Origin: Squalus acanthias
Taxonomy: Eukaryota
NCBI GenBank assembly: GCA_030390025.1
Contig: JASTWF010000088.1
Coordinates: 62,001 to 126,000, forward strand
Reading direction: 5' to 3'
Length of the DNA: 64,000 nucleotides
Shown: in pieces, positions 1-13,420 of the stretch
Layout of the letters: every line of letters starts with the position of its first letter
Position numbering within the stretch: the first letter of the stretch is position 1
Position numbers and translations under genes: made by a program
Notes under the pieces: model-generated
Told to the model about the DNA's origin: nothing
Seen by the model: the letters and a program-made list of their open reading frames with translations, nothing else
Database searches by the model: none

Positions 1-115
1 ACAGCCGGTGAATGGTCTCTGGGGTTTGAGCCGGGCCCACAGCCGGTGAATGGTCTCTGGGGTTTGAGCTGGGCCCACAGCCGGTGAATGGGGCCTGGGG
101 TTTGAGCTGGGAATA
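1..115. repeat. Minisatellite, 38-bp unit, about 3 copies (cut by window start)
   Basis: Unit acagccggtgaatggtctctggggtttgagccgggccc repeats at 1, 39 and 77. Confidence 0.9.
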
Positions 116-489
116 ACAGCATAACTTTAATCCTTTCCTCACTGTCATTTCATTTACTTTCATATCTGTATCAGCACATAGATGAGAACACATGAATGTA
201 CAGGATGAGAAGTGACCAATTTACTCCATTAAGCCAGCCACAGAGTTCAAATAAAATGCAGAGGTCAGACTCACTACATATATCGTTCAAATTTTTTAAA
301 AACCAACGCCATTCCAATTCGTTCTTAAAATGCTGTCAGATACTGTAATATCAGTCTCGAACCCCTCCCTGGGCAATCAATTTCAACGATTCAACACTCT
401 GTGCAGTAGTTCTATCTGATCTGTCTATTCCCTTCTGTGTGCAGTAGTTCTATTGACATGCAAATTGGCATAATGACACACTGATTAGA

Positions 490-1987
490 GATTTAAATGT
501 CACTGACCTAGTCTCCTCCGTAGATTTTCCCTCCAAGGCTGCCAACCTCATAGTCCGCCAACCCCACACAGCCTGCTTCTACCTCCTTCCCAAGATCCAC
601 AAACAGGGCTGCCCTGGTAGACCCATCGTTTCAGCCTGTTCTTGCCCCACGGAACTTATCTCTTCCTATCTCGACTCTTTTTTCTCCCCTTGTCCAGTCT
701 CTTCCCACCTACATCCGCGACTCTACCAATGCCCTCCGTCACTTGAACAGTTTCCTGGCCCCAACCGCCTCCTTTTCACTGGACTTCCAATCGCTCTACA
801 CCTCCATTCCCCCACCAGGATGGCCTGAGGGCGCTCCGCTTCTTCCTTGAACAGAGGCCCAACCAGTCCTCATCCACTACCACCCTCCTCTGCCTGGCTG
901 AACTTGTTCTCACATTGAACAACTTCTCCTTTGACTCCACACACTTCCTCCAAATTAAAGGTGTTGCTATGGGTACCTGCATGGGCCCTAGCTATGCCTG
1001 CCTTTTCATGGGATATATTATTCCAGTCCTACTCGGGTCCCCTCCCTCACCTCTTTTTCCGGTACATTGATGACTGTATCGGTGCCGTTTCCTGCTCTCG
1101 CCCTGAACTAGATAATTTAATTCACTTTGCCTCCAATTTCCACCCTTCCCTCACCTTCACATGGTCCATCTCCGACTCTTCCCTTCCCTTCCTCGACTTC
1201 TCCGTCTCCATCTCTGGGGATAGGTTATTGGCAAACATCCACTACAAGCCCACTGACTCCCACAGCTACCTGGACAACACTTCCTCCCACCCCGCCTCCT
1301 GTAAGGACTCTATTCCCTTCTCCCAGTTTCTCCGTCTCCGCCGCATCTGCTCTGACGATGCCACCTTCCATACCAGTGCTTCCGACATGTCTTCCTTTTT
1401 CCTCAACCGAGGATTCCCCTCTACTGTGGTTGACACGGCCCTCGACCGTGTCCGTTCTATTTTCCCACACTTCTGCTCTCACCCCTTCCCCTCCCTCCCG
1501 GAACCACGATAGGGTTCCCCTTGTCCTCACCTTTCACCCCACCAACCTCCACATGCAACGGATCATCCGCCGCCATTTCCGCCACCTCCAGCATGATCCC
1601 ACCACCAAACGTATCTTCCCCTCACCTCCCCTTTCAGCATTCCGAAGGGACCGCTCCCTCCGCAACACCCTGGTCCACTCCTCTACCACCCCCAGCACCC
1701 CTTCGCCCGGCACCTTCCCGTGCAAGCGCAGGAGATGCAACATCTGCCCTTTTACCTCCCTCCTTCCCACTGTCCAGGGCCCCAAGCACTCCTTCCAGGT
1801 GAAACAGCGATTTACTTGTACTTACAATTTAGTATACTGCATTCGCTGCTCACGATGCGGTCTCCTCTACACTGGGGAGACCAAACACAGATTGGATGAC
1901 CACCTGAAACGTTAACTGTCTTTCTCTCTCTACAGATGCTGTCTGACCTGCTGAGTATTTCCAGCATTTTCTGTTTTTATTTCAGAT
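490..1987 (+). mobile_element. Penelope-like element, decayed (RT plus GIY-YIG endonuclease and 3' tail)
   Basis: Frameshifted ORFs with FRYIDD, YKPTDSHSYL and NLVYCIRCSRCGLLYTGET; tail contains gaaacgttaac...gacctgctgagtatttccagc. Confidence 0.85.
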
Positions 1988-2019
1988 TTTGCGCTTGTAT
2001 TTTATATTAGAGATTGAAA

Positions 2020-5000
2020 TGCATGGCTCACAGTGTGGGAGGAATGGGTTTCAGTTCATGGGGCACTGGCACCAGTACTGGGGAAAGAGGGAGCTGTTCT
2101 GTTGGGACGGGCTCCACTTAAACCGGGCTGGGACCAGAGTCCTGGTGAACCGAATAACTAGGGCAGTAGACCGGGCTTTAAACTAATGAAGTGGGGGGGG
2201 GGGGGCGGTGGTGGGAGGATTCAGGAAAGAGTAAATTTAAAAGCAGCGAGAGAAATGTCAAGGCTCTAGAGCAGAGTAGAGTTTTGGGTAAAAAGCAGAG
2301 TGGGTTAGGAAGGGATGGAGAGAGTAACAAAGGTAATAAGGTATCAGTGACTAAGGTGACATCAGGGAAAAATAGAAATAAGTCAAAGCTAAAGACACTA
2401 TATCTGAATGCGCGAAGCATTTGCAACAAAATAGATGAATTAATAGCGCAGATAGAAATTAACAGGTTTGATCTAATAGCCATAACGGACACGTGGTTGC
2501 AAAGTGGCCAAGGTTGGGAGCTAAATATTCCAGGGTACTTCTCTTTTAGAAGAGAGGCAAAATAGAAAAGGAGGAGGGGTAGCCCTGATAAAGGATGGGA
2601 TAAAGACAGTAGAGAGAAAGGATCTTGGCTCTGAAAATCAAGAAGCAGAATCAGTTTGGGTGGAGCTAAGAAACAGCAAGGGGCAGAAAACATTGGTGGT
2701 AGTTGTTTATAGGCCCCCGAACAGTATTTGTAATGTAGGGCAGAGTATAAATCAGGAAATTAGAAGCGCATGTAACAAGGGCAATACAGTAATCAGGGGG
2801 ACTTTAATCTACATATAGACTGGGCAAACCAAATTTGCAGTAATAGTGTGGAGAATGAATTCATGGAATGTATGCAAGATAGTTTTCTAGATCAGTATGT
2901 TGAGGAACCAACTAGGGAACAGGCTATTTTAGATCTAGTATTGTGCAATGAGAAAGGGTTAATTAATAACCTTGTAGTAAAGGGGCCTTTAGGGAAGAGT
3001 GACCATAATATGATAGAATTTTATATTGAGTTTGAAAGTGATTTAGTTAAATCCGAAACTAGGGTCTTAAATCTAAACAAAGCAAACTATGTAGGTATGA
3101 GGGGCAAGCTGGCTAAGGCAGATTGGGAAACTGCATTAAAAGTATGATGGTAGACAAGCAATGGCTAGCATTTAATGAATTAATAAATAATTTACAACAA
3201 ATATACATTCCTTTAAGGCACAAAAACCCCACTGGAAAAGTGGTCCAACCGTAGCTAACAAGAGAAGTTAAAGATAGTATTAGATCAAAGGAAGAGGCTT
3301 ATAATGTTGTCAGAGTAGTAAGCCTGAGGATTGGGAGGATTTTAGAATTCAGCAAAGGAGGACCAAGAAGTTGATTTAAGAAAGGGAAAATAGAATGAGA
3401 GTAAACTAGCGAGAGACATAAAAACAGACTGTAAAAGCTTCTATAGGTATGTAAAAAGGAAAAAATTAATGAAAAAGTAAATGTGGGTCCCTTACAGACT
3501 AAGACAGGAGAAAATATAATGAGGAATAAGGAAATGGCAGAGAAATTAAACAAATACTTTGTATCTGCCTTCACGGAAGAAGACGCAAAAAACCTCCTAG
3601 AAATAGTGGAGAACCAAGGCTCTAGTGAGAATGAGGAACTGAAAGAAATTAGTATTAGTAAAAAAAATAGTACTGGAGAAATTAATGGCACTGAAAGCCG
3701 ATAAATCCCCTGGACCTGATGGCCTACATCCTAGGGTTTTGAAAGAGGTGGCTATAGAGATAGTGGATGCATTGGTTCCAAAATTCCATAGATTCTAGAA
3801 CGGTTCCTGCGGATTGGAAGATAGCAAATGTAACCCCACTATTTAAGAAAGGAGGGAGAGAGAAAACGGGGAACTACAGACCAGTTAGCCTGACATCAGT
3901 AGTAGGGAAAATGCTAGAATCTATTATTATGGACGTGGTAACAGGGCACTTAGAAAATAATAGGATTGGGCAGAGTCAACACAGATTTATGAAAGGGAAA
4001 TCCTGTTTGACAAATCGGTTAGAGTTTTTTGAGGTTGTAACTAGCAGAATAGATAAGGGGGAACCAGTGGATGTGGTGTATTTGGATTTTCAGAAGGCAT
4101 TCGATAAGGTGCCACACAAGAGGTTATTAAACAAAATTAGGGCTCATGGGATTGGGGGTAATATACTAGCATGGATTGGTTAACGGACAGAAAACAGAGT
4201 AGGAATAAACGGGTCATTTTCGGGTTGGCAGGCTGTAACTAGTGGGGTACCGCAAGGATCAGTGCTTGGGCCTCAGCTATTCACAATCTACATCAATGAT
4301 TTGGATGAGGGGACCAAATGTAATATATCGAAGTTTGCTGATAAGCTGGGTGGGAATGTAAGTTGTGAGGAGGATGCAAGGAGGCTTCAAGGGGATATAG
4401 ACAGGCTAAGTAAGTGGCAAATGGAATATAATTTGGAGAAATGTGAAATTATCCACTTTGGTAGGAAAAATAGAAAAGCAGAGTACTTTTTAAATGGTGA
4501 GAGATTGGGAAATGTTGGTGTTCAGAGGGACCTGGGTGTCCTTGTACACTAATCACTGAAAGTTAACATGCAGGTATAACAAGCAATTAGGAAAGCAAAT
4601 GGTATGTTGGCCTTTATTAAAAGAGGATTTGAGCATAAGAGTAAAGACTTCTTACTGCAATTATATAGGGCCCTGATGAGACCACACCTGGAGTAATGTG
4701 TACAGTTTTGGTCTCCTTACCTAAGGAAGGATATATTTGCCATAGAGGGAGTGCAACAAAGGTTCACCAGACTGGTTCCTAGGATGGGGGGATTGTCCTA
4801 TGAGGAGAGATTGAGTAGACTAGGCCTATATTCTCTAGAGTTTAGAAGAATGAGATCACATATAAAATTCTTACAGGGCTTGACCGGGTAGATGCAGGGA
4901 GGATATTTCCCTCAGAGGCTGGTGAATCTTTGGAATTCTCTACACCAGAGGGCTGTGGAGGCTCAGTATATTCCAGACAGAGATCGATAGATTTTTGAAT

Positions 5001-5140
5001 ATTAAGGGAACCAAGGGATATGGGGATAGTGCAGGAAAGTGATGATGAGGTAAAAGATCAGCCATGATCTTACTGCATGGCGGAGCAGGCTCGAAGGGCC
5101 AAATGGCCGACTCCTGCTCCTATTTCGTATGTTCTTATCT
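2020..5140 (+). mobile_element. CR1 LINE, decayed (end of ORF1 esterase, ORF2 EN-RT, 3'UTR)
   Basis: WDGLHLNRAG, YLNARSI, LGKSDHN, GNYRPVSLTS and YLDFQKAFDKVPH across several frames with stops. Confidence 0.9.
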
Positions 5141-5819
5141 GATCTGTCCATTCCCCTTCCTGCTGTGTAATTCAAGACTGCTCCTGGGCTAGCAGCTCCC
5201 TCGGGAGCTCCTTTGCAGTGCACCTCTATCCTGGGCCATCCGTTGCCATCCTTTGCTGTTTTTCCCCCCAGTCTCCTCTCTTCTAGTATTTACATTTCCC
5301 CTGGCTCTAATCGTGGGTGTATTTTAGCCCTAAATACAAGTTCAAGCTGCAAGTTTAAAGTTACCTGCTCCCCTACCCATCCCCCGAAGATGTCCATTTC
5401 CCGGCATGCCTGATCTGAGCACTGGATCTTTGCTCAAATTTGGCTTCCAAATTCCTGGACTTCTCTGGTCATCAAGACTACCCTTCTCCACTGGACTGGA
5501 CTGTAAGGCTCAGCTGCTTTGACCCTGATTTGCTGCTCAGTTGCTTCAGTTTTAAGGTATCTTTGTCTGGCCTACAGCCCCTCCTCACCGCTGCTGTTAC
5601 CTGCTGACTGTCCTACTGCTCCCACCGGTTTTTCAGCTTTATTTTGCTACAGTCTGGTTTCTGGCCAGAATATTTCTCTCCTGGGCTGCAGCCCATTCTC
5701 TGCCACTTCTGGATCTTATGGTGACCTCCAACCTCACCACCGTTTTTCTGCACACCTCCTGGATCTTCATTCTCACAGAAATACCTCCATCAGTGCATCC
5801 TCCTATACTCTACTACAAC

Positions 5820-8600
5820 AACAACTTGTATTTATATAGTGCCTTTAACATAGTAAAACGCCCCCAAGGTGCTGCACAGGAATATTTTAAGACACAATTT
5901 AACACCGATCCACATAAGGATAAATTAGGACAGGTGACCAAAAGCTTAGTCAAAGAGGTAGGTTTTAAGGAGCGTCTTAAAGGAGGAAAGAGAGGTACCG
6001 AGGCAGACAGGTTTAGGCAGGGAATTCCAGAGCTTAGGGCCTAGGCGACAGAAGGCACGGCCATCAAAGATGAGCGATTATAATCAGGGATCCTCGAGGG
6101 AAGAATTAGAGGAGCGCAGATATTTCGGCGGCGGGGGGGGTTTGTGGGGCTGAAGGAGATTAGAGATAGGGAGGGGCGAGGCCATGGAGGGATTTGAAAA
6201 CAAGGATGAGAATTTTGGAATCGAGGCGCTGCTTAACTGGGAGTCAGTGTAGGTCAGTGAGCACAGGGGTGATGGGTGAACGGGACTTGGTGCGAGTTAG
6301 GACACGGGCAGCCGAGTTTTAGATGACCTCAAGTTTATGTAGGGTGGAATGTGGGAGGCCAGCTAGGAGTGCGTTGGAATTGTCAAGTCTAGAGGTAACA
6401 AAGGCATGGATAAGGGTTTCAGCAGCGGATGAGCTGAGGCAAGGGCGGAGACGGGTGATGTTACGGAGGTGGAAGTAGGCGGTCTTAGTTATGCTGCGGA
6501 TATGTGGTCGGAAGCTCATTTCAGGGTCAAATATGACACCAAGGTTGCGAACAGTGTGGTTCAGCATCAGACAGATGTTAGGGAGAGGGATGGAGTCAGT
6601 GGCTAGGGAACAGTTTGTGGCGGGGACCGAAAACAATGGCTTTGTTTTTCCCAATATTTAATTGGAGAAAATTTTTGCTCATCCAGAACTCTGTCGGACA
6701 AGCAGTCTGACAATTTAGACACCGTGGAGGGGTCGAGAGAAGAAGTAGTGAGGTAGAGCTGGGTGCCGTCAGCATACATGTGGAAACTGACACGGTGTTT
6801 TCGGATGATGTCGCCAAGGGGCAACATGTAGATAAGAAATAGGAGGGGGCCAAGGATAGATCCTTGGGGGTCACCAGAGGTAACGATGCGGGAGCGGGAA
6901 GAGAAGCCGTTGCCGGTGATTCTCTGGCTATGATTAGATAGATAAGAATGCAGCAAGGGCGGAAACCTGATTGAAGGGATTCAAACATGGAATTGCGGGA
7001 AAGATGGGCACGGATTTGGGAGGCAGCAACACGTTCGAGGACTTTGGAGAGGAAAAGGAGGTTGAAGATGGGGTGGTAGTTTGCAAGGACGGAGGGATCA
7101 AGGTTTGGTTTCTTGAGGAGAGGGGGACCGTACCTGAGGAGAGAGAACCGTTAATATCAGCTAACATGGGAGCCAGAGAAGAAAGTTGGGTGGTCAGCAG
7201 TTTGGTGGGAATAGGGTCGAGGGAGCAGGAAGTGGGTCTCATGGACAGGAGATTGGAGAGAAACTGGAGAAAGATGTGAGTTCGGGGGGTGTGGGGGGGG
7301 TGTCCTTAGAGGAAGTTTGGCCTGGTGGGCTAGGGTAAGGATGGGAAGTGGCAGAGGCAGCTGAATGGATGGTCTCAATCTTGGAAACAAAGAAGTTCAT
7401 GAGCTCCTCACACATGTCAGAATTGAGGGTGGAGGGGTTTAAGAAGACCGTTCGCAGTAGAGAATAGAAGCCTGGGTTTATCTTTGCATTCCAGAATAAT
7501 TCTGGAATAGTGAGCAATTTTGGCAGACGAGAGCAGGACCCGATCGTGCTGTATGTGGTTCAGCCAGATCTAGCAGTGAATGGCTAAACCAGTTGTCTGC
7601 CGTATCCGTTCAAGTCTGTGTCCCTTGGATTTAAGGGAGCGAACATGAGGCCTGTACCAGGGGGAATGGCCAGGGTGAGAGTAATTGTTTTAATAGGTAC
7701 TGGGGCATCAATGGTGGTGGTGAGGGTGTGGTTGAGCAGATCGGTAGCTGCAGAAATGTCATGGTGAATGGAGGGCCACAGGCTGGACAGATGGGATTTC
7801 ATAAGTGCAGTTGGAAGAGAGTTTTATCCCGGAGCGGACACAGAAAGAAGTAGGGTTGGGGGGGGAGGTGGTGGAAGGGGGATGTGGGTGGAGAGCGATA
7901 CGAGGAAGTGGTCAGAGATGGCCTTATCTGCGATTGACATGATGGGAGTGGCAAGGTCGAGGGAGTGACCATGAATATGGGTTGGGGAGTTTACATGGAG
8001 GGAGCAATTAAGGGAGGATAGGAGGCTAGTGAACTCCGAGGAGAGAGAGCGTGATGAATTGAGATGGAGTTGAAATCACCGAGGATGAGAAGTAGTTCGG
8101 TGCAGAGGCTGAGGGGAGGGAAAGCAGTGAAGATATCTTGGTAATAAAATTTTTATGGTACTTGGGTGGGCGGAGAGAATGAGAATTTTAAATGAGGTGT
8201 GAGAGGGATGGAATAAGGTGAGACGCTCAAAGGAGAAGAAAGTGCCGGGGGACAGATTTGGTGATGAGCCACACCACCACCACGGTGGTTTGAGCAGGGC
8301 ACATGGTGGAAGGTATAGCCAGGAGGGGAGGCTTCATTTAAGGGTAAGGTGTCATCACCCCTCAACCAGGTTTCCGTCAGGGCCATGATGTAGATGCAAT
8401 CATCCATGATGAGCTCATGGATGGCAAGGGCCTTGTTCACTTGCGAATGGACATTTTGGAGGGAGATGCGGACAAGATCGGCGATGGCTGCCCCACTGCC
8501 AGTATCCACAGGGTCAGCACTGGGGTGGGATGAGTTGGATGGGGAGGAGATTGGCAAGATTAGTCCCCAGTGGGTGGGAATGTCGGCAAGAGAGTAGGAT
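5820..8600 (-). mobile_element. L2/CR1-group LINE, decayed
   Basis: ALTETWL endonuclease motif; PQGSILGPLLF and HMYADGTQLY RT motifs; AETLIHAFVTSRLD. Confidence 0.8.
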
Positions 8601-8899
8601 GGGACAGTTGGGGTTGTTGCTCGTAAGGAGGCAGCGATGAGTGCCTCAATGGGCCCTTCGTAGGATGCCAAGAGGGAAGCTGTAGGCTTATCGAAGGGGG
8701 GAGTCAAGCCTGGGACGGTGGCAGGAGAGTACGAAGGTTGAAGAGTAATGAAGGATTGGGGTAGGGATTTGGGAGGACAGAGTATCAGAGAGAGGAGATG
8801 AAAGGAGGCATGACGACAGGAGAGAGCGGTCAGGGAGGAATAGAGAGAAAAGGAAAAGGGGGTAAAAAGTGTAAAAGTATTGAATGGCTCGGGTCCGGA

Positions 8900-9680
8900 G
8901 CAGCAGCCAAAGTGCACACATGAATGGGCACGGGAAAAGCTCAGGTTACATAGGCCTGTTTTATTGGGATACATATTTCCTGGTAGCAGGGAATAGGTTG
9001 GAGACGATAGTAGGGAGACCAGAAGTGAAGTGCCAAGTGGATGATCCATCTCAGCCTCCTCCTGAGGTCCTCACCATCGCAGAAGCGAGTCTTAAGCCAA
9101 TTCGATTCACTCCACGTGATAGAGAAACGGCTGAGCGCACTGGATACAGCAAAGGCTATTGTCCCCGACAACATCCTGGCTGTTGAGCTAGAGACATGTA
9201 CTCCAAAATTGGCCGCACCTCTAGCCAAGCAGTTCCAGTACAGCTGCAACACTGGCATCCACCCAACAAAGTGGAAAATTGCCCAGGTATGTCCTGTCCA
9301 CAAAAAGCAGGACAAATCCAATCTAGCCAATGACTGCCCCATCAGCCTACTCTCAATCATCAGCAAAGTGATGGAAGGTGTCGTTGACAGTGCTATCAAT
9401 CGGCACTTACTCACCAATAACCTGCTCACCGATGCTCAGTTTGGGTTCCGCCAGGACAACTTGGTTCCAGACCTCATTACAGCCTTGGTCCAAACATGGA
9501 CAAAAGAACTGAATTCCAGAGGTGAGGTGAGAGTGACTGCCCTTGACATCAAGGCAGCATTTGCCCAAGTGTGGCATCAAGGAGCCCTAATAAAATTGAA
9601 GTCATTGTGAATCGTGGGTAAACTCTCCAGTGGCTAGAGTCATACCTAGCACAAAGGAAGATGGGTGTGGTTGTTGGAGG
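8900..9680 (+). mobile_element. CR1-group LINE RT fragment
   Basis: ORF 9041-9610 with KWKIAQVCPVHKK, QFGFRQ and ALDIKAAF. Confidence 0.75.
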
Positions 9681-9684
9681 TTGA

Positions 9685-10460
9685 TTGTTAAGGTTAATGG
9701 GGGAAATGATGAACTGCTGATCCCTGGTGAAGAGGGTGTCGGTGATCTGCTTAACCGAGCTGTGTATTGCAGGCTGGGAGATAGCCCCTGTGACAGAGTA
9801 GAAAGAGTTAGTGGCAAAGAAGTTAAGGGCTGTGGTGAAACTGAGAGCCACTGGCAAAGCGTGGTGCCCCTGGACCAGCAGTCAGCAGGTGCGGTTGCAG
9901 AGGTCTGAGACAGACTGGAGAAGCACAATCTCCTCCTGCGCTGCTGCTCAGATGGTGACTGTGGGCCTGAACACCCTGTGTGCTGGGTATGGCCTCCTAG
10001 CATAGCTCCGTCTCACTGAGAGCTTCTGAAGCTGCTACTGATCATCTTCCTCCATCTAGAAAGTAAGTGGCAATAACAGCACCCCTAATGATGACAAAAT
10101 GTTTGAGGTAAAGTAAAGGAAAAAAGTGGTGAAGAGGCAGTCTGGAAGCTGGAGACTCTCAGTGAACCAGAACACTGAAGGTTCAATGACTCACTAAGCT
10201 GCAGTTGCATGCCCTTTTATACTGCCTCAGACTTCCAATCACATTGGGCTGGCCTCCCATTTTGGCGGGGTAAAATTGTGTTGCATCACCGATTATGGCA
10301 TCGGGCTGCAACTCTTGCATTTAAAGTAGGCCCCCATCTGGTTGGGGAGGGCTCCCCTCCTGATAGGTAAGTTAAATGGGGGAGATAGAAACGTGCCAGT
10401 GACCCCCACCCGCAATTATAACAACCCACCGACCAATTCGAGCTGGATTAAAATCAGGGC
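9685..10460 (-). mobile_element. Harbinger (PIF/HARBI1-like) transposon 5' remnant
   Basis: LPVALSFTTALNFFATNSF...ISQPAIHSSVKQITDTLF matches the Harbinger transposases at 39.2-42.7 kb. Confidence 0.65.
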
Positions 10461-10504
10461 TCTAGGGTGAGAGGTTCAGGGTAACACCTGAACCGGGGTA
10501 ACAA

Positions 10505-11128
10505 AGGGTAACAGCAGTTTAAAAAAAGCTTACAGGATCCTGGACTTAATGAATAGAGGCATAGAGTACAAAAGCATGGAAAACACTGGTTCAGCCTCAA
10601 CTGGAGTATTGTGTCCAATTCTGTGACGGCCTTGGAGAGGGTGCGGAAAAGATTTACAAGAATGATTCCAGGGATGAGAGACTTCAGTTAGGTGGATAGA
10701 CTGGAGAAGCTGAGGTTGTTCTCCTTGGAGCAGAGAAGGTTGAGAGGAGATTTGATAGAAGTGTTTAAAATCACGAGGGGTCTGGACAGAGTAGAAAGAG
10801 AGAAACTGTTCCCATTGGCGGAAAGGTCGAGAACCAGAGGACACAGATTTAAGGTGATTGGCAGAAGAACCAAAGGCGACATCAGGAAAAAAAAATGTAT
10901 GCAGCGATTGGTTAAGATCTGGAATGCACTGCCTGAAAGGGTGGTGAAGACAGATTCAATCGTGGCTTTCAAAAGGGAATTGGATAACTACCTGAAGGAA
11001 AGAAATTTGCATGGCTACAGGGAACAGGTGGGGGAGTGGAACTTGCTGAGGTGCTCTTGCAGAGAGCCGGCACGGGCTCAACAGGCCGAATGGCCGCCTT
11101 CCGTGCTGTAACCATTCTATGATTCTAC
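10505..11128 (+). mobile_element. CR1 LINE 3' fragment
   Basis: LFSLEQRRLRGDLIEVFK, WNALPERVV and an attctatg tail. Confidence 0.85.
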
Positions 11129-11318
11129 TCTTCACGTTCTTAACCTGATGTGGCTTGTAGATGTGTTTTAATTCCTTTTGGATTATTTACAATATTTTTC
11201 TCTTTTTTGCATTTTGTATACTCTCCTCTCTGGGATACTCCTCATATATTTATCCTGATGTGTATATAATTGTTTATATTGTATAATAGACCTCTTATGT
11301 GCCCCACCTTTTTCACAG

Positions 11319-11600
11319 TTCACCCTGATGTTTCTGTGTACTCTGAAGACCTTGTAGAATGGGGACGGTCCAACACGTTGATCTGTCTGGCTGATGGATT
11401 CTACCCTCCGCACATCACCATGGAGTGGAGAAGAAACAATGAACCCATGACTGATGGAAACTACATCACAGAGTTCTATGTTAAAGAGGATTTTTCGTAC
11501 CGGAGATTCTCGTACCTGAGCATTGTCCCGAGTCCTGGAGACATGTACTCCTGTCATGTGAAGCATGAGAGCCTGGAGGAGCCAACTACTGTATTCTGGG
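11319..11600 (+). CDS. MHC class II alpha chain, alpha-2 (Ig C1) exon
   Basis: 282-bp phase-1 exon between tttcacag and gtcagt; VHPDVSVYSEDLVEWGRSNTLICLADGFYPP...W...YSCHVKHESL..VFW, typical of shark class II alpha. Confidence 0.93.
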
Positions 11601-11789
11601 GTCAGTGAGAGGTTTGATTATAAACTGACATCAGCACTGGTTTAAAATAGGCTTTTGTGCAACATTTTAACTTAATTCGCAAAAGAAAAAACTAAATGTA
11701 AGAAATCTAAAATAAAAACAAATACTAGAAATGCATGTTACTGGTAAGGAGAATAGACAGGTTATGACCTTTTGAGTGTTTAGCCCTTA

Positions 11790-12660
11790 GGATCATAAAA
11801 TCATAGAAGTTTACTGCACAGAAGGAGGCCATTCGGCCCATCGTGTCTGTCGGCCGAAAAAGAGCTATCCAGACTAATCCCACTTTCCAGCTCTTGGTCC
11901 GTATCCTTGTAGGTTACAGCACTTTAAGTACATATTCAAGCACTTTTTAAATGTGATGATGGTTTCTGCCTCTACCACCCTCTCAGGCAGTGAGTTCCAG
12001 ACCCCCACCACCCTCTGGGTGAAAATAATTCTCCTCAACTCCCCTCTAAACCTCTGACCAATTACTTTAAACCCATGCCCCCTGGTTATTGACCCTTCTA
12101 CTAAGGGAAATATGTTCTTACAGTCCACACTATCTAGGCCCCTCACAATTTTATACACCTCAATCAAATCTCCCCTCAGCCTCCTGTTCCAAAGAAAACA
12201 ACACCAGCCTATCCAATCTTTCCTCGTAGTGAAATTTTTCCAATCCTGGCAACATCCTCGTAAATCTCCTCTGTATCCTCTCCAGTGCAATCACATCTTT
12301 CCTGTAATGTGGTGACCAGAACTGTACACAGTATTCTAGCTGTGGCCTAACTAGTGTTTTATACAGTTCAAGCATAACCTCCCTGCTCTTATATTCTATG
12401 CCTCAGATAATAAAGGCAAGTATGCCTTTTTAACCACCTTATTTACCTGTCCTGCTACCTTCAGGGACCTGTGGACATGCACTCCAAGGTCCCTCTGTTC
12501 CACTACACTTCTCAGTATCCGACCATTTATTGTGTATCCCCTTGCCTTGTTAGCCCTCCCCAAATGCATTACCTCACACTTCTCTGGACTGCATTCTTTT
12601 TGCCACTGTTCTGCCCACCGGACCAGTCCATTGATATCTTCCTGCAGTCTACAGTTCTCC
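11790..12660 (-). mobile_element. CR1 LINE 3' fragment in the MHC intron
   Basis: [29 protein letters not shown]. Confidence 0.85.
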
Positions 12661-12715
12661 CTCACTATCAACTATCACTATCAAAGGTATCATTGCCTCC
12701 TTTCTTGTTATACAG

Positions 12716-12861
12716 ATCAGGAAGTACCTGAGGAAAAGTCTGGTCCTGGGACAGTGATCTGTGCTCTGGGACTCACTCTGGGAATCATCAGTGCTGTTGT
12801 AGGGATCATCTTACTGATCAAAGAGAGACAGCGGCTGCAAGCTCAGCAACAGGGCATCTAA
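12716..12861 (+). CDS. MHC class II alpha chain, connecting peptide/TM/cytoplasmic exon
   Basis: Acceptor ttgttatacag; DQEVPEEKSGPGTVICALGLTLGIISAVVGIILLIKERQRLQAQQQGI*; in phase with the previous exon; donor gg|gtaagt 2 nt after the stop. Confidence 0.93.
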
Positions 12862-13239
12862 GGGTAAGTACAGGAAACAGTAACTTCATAACCTGAGTAT
12901 TATTAACATAACTTCACCCTCTGATCTCCTTCAGTTTACAAGGCTCCACTGCCTGATTCATTGCACTCCTTTTTCAATGCTGGATTTGGGGTATGACACA
13001 ACAGGCATTCAGGAGTCCCATTTAAATAGTCGATTTATTAAATTTGGGGACCCATAACGAGTTTCATGACTTTGGGTGAGGTTTCATTTGTCCCATCAAG
13101 GCTGTACTGCCATTTTGTTAACTATGGAAGCTTAATCACTTTAAGGGTACAGTAGTGTAGTGGATAAGGTACTGGACTAGCAACCCAGAGGTTGAGAGTT
13201 TAAACCCACCACGTGAGGTTGTGAAATTGAATTGAATGG

Positions 13240-13420
13240 AGGTAATTTTTCGGCACTGTCGGGATGTAATCTGATGATGTGGATCACCTGCCCATTATAG
13301 AACCGGCCAGATTTTCATCCCATTGATTTCAATGAAAGTGAAACTCCAGACAGGTTCTACAATGGGCAGGTGATCCGCTCCACTGGATTACATCCCAGAT
13401 GGCAAAGTGAAAATTACCCA
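13240..13420. mobile_element. Short palindromic MITE
   Basis: Imperfect inverted repeat: ggatcacctgcccattatagaac / gttctacaatgggcaggtgatcc, with ends ggtaatttt / aaaattacc. Confidence 0.6.

Noticed and set aside
1-115. Repeat array as CRISPR
   Set aside because: Head-to-tail minisatellite with no spacers, in a vertebrate context
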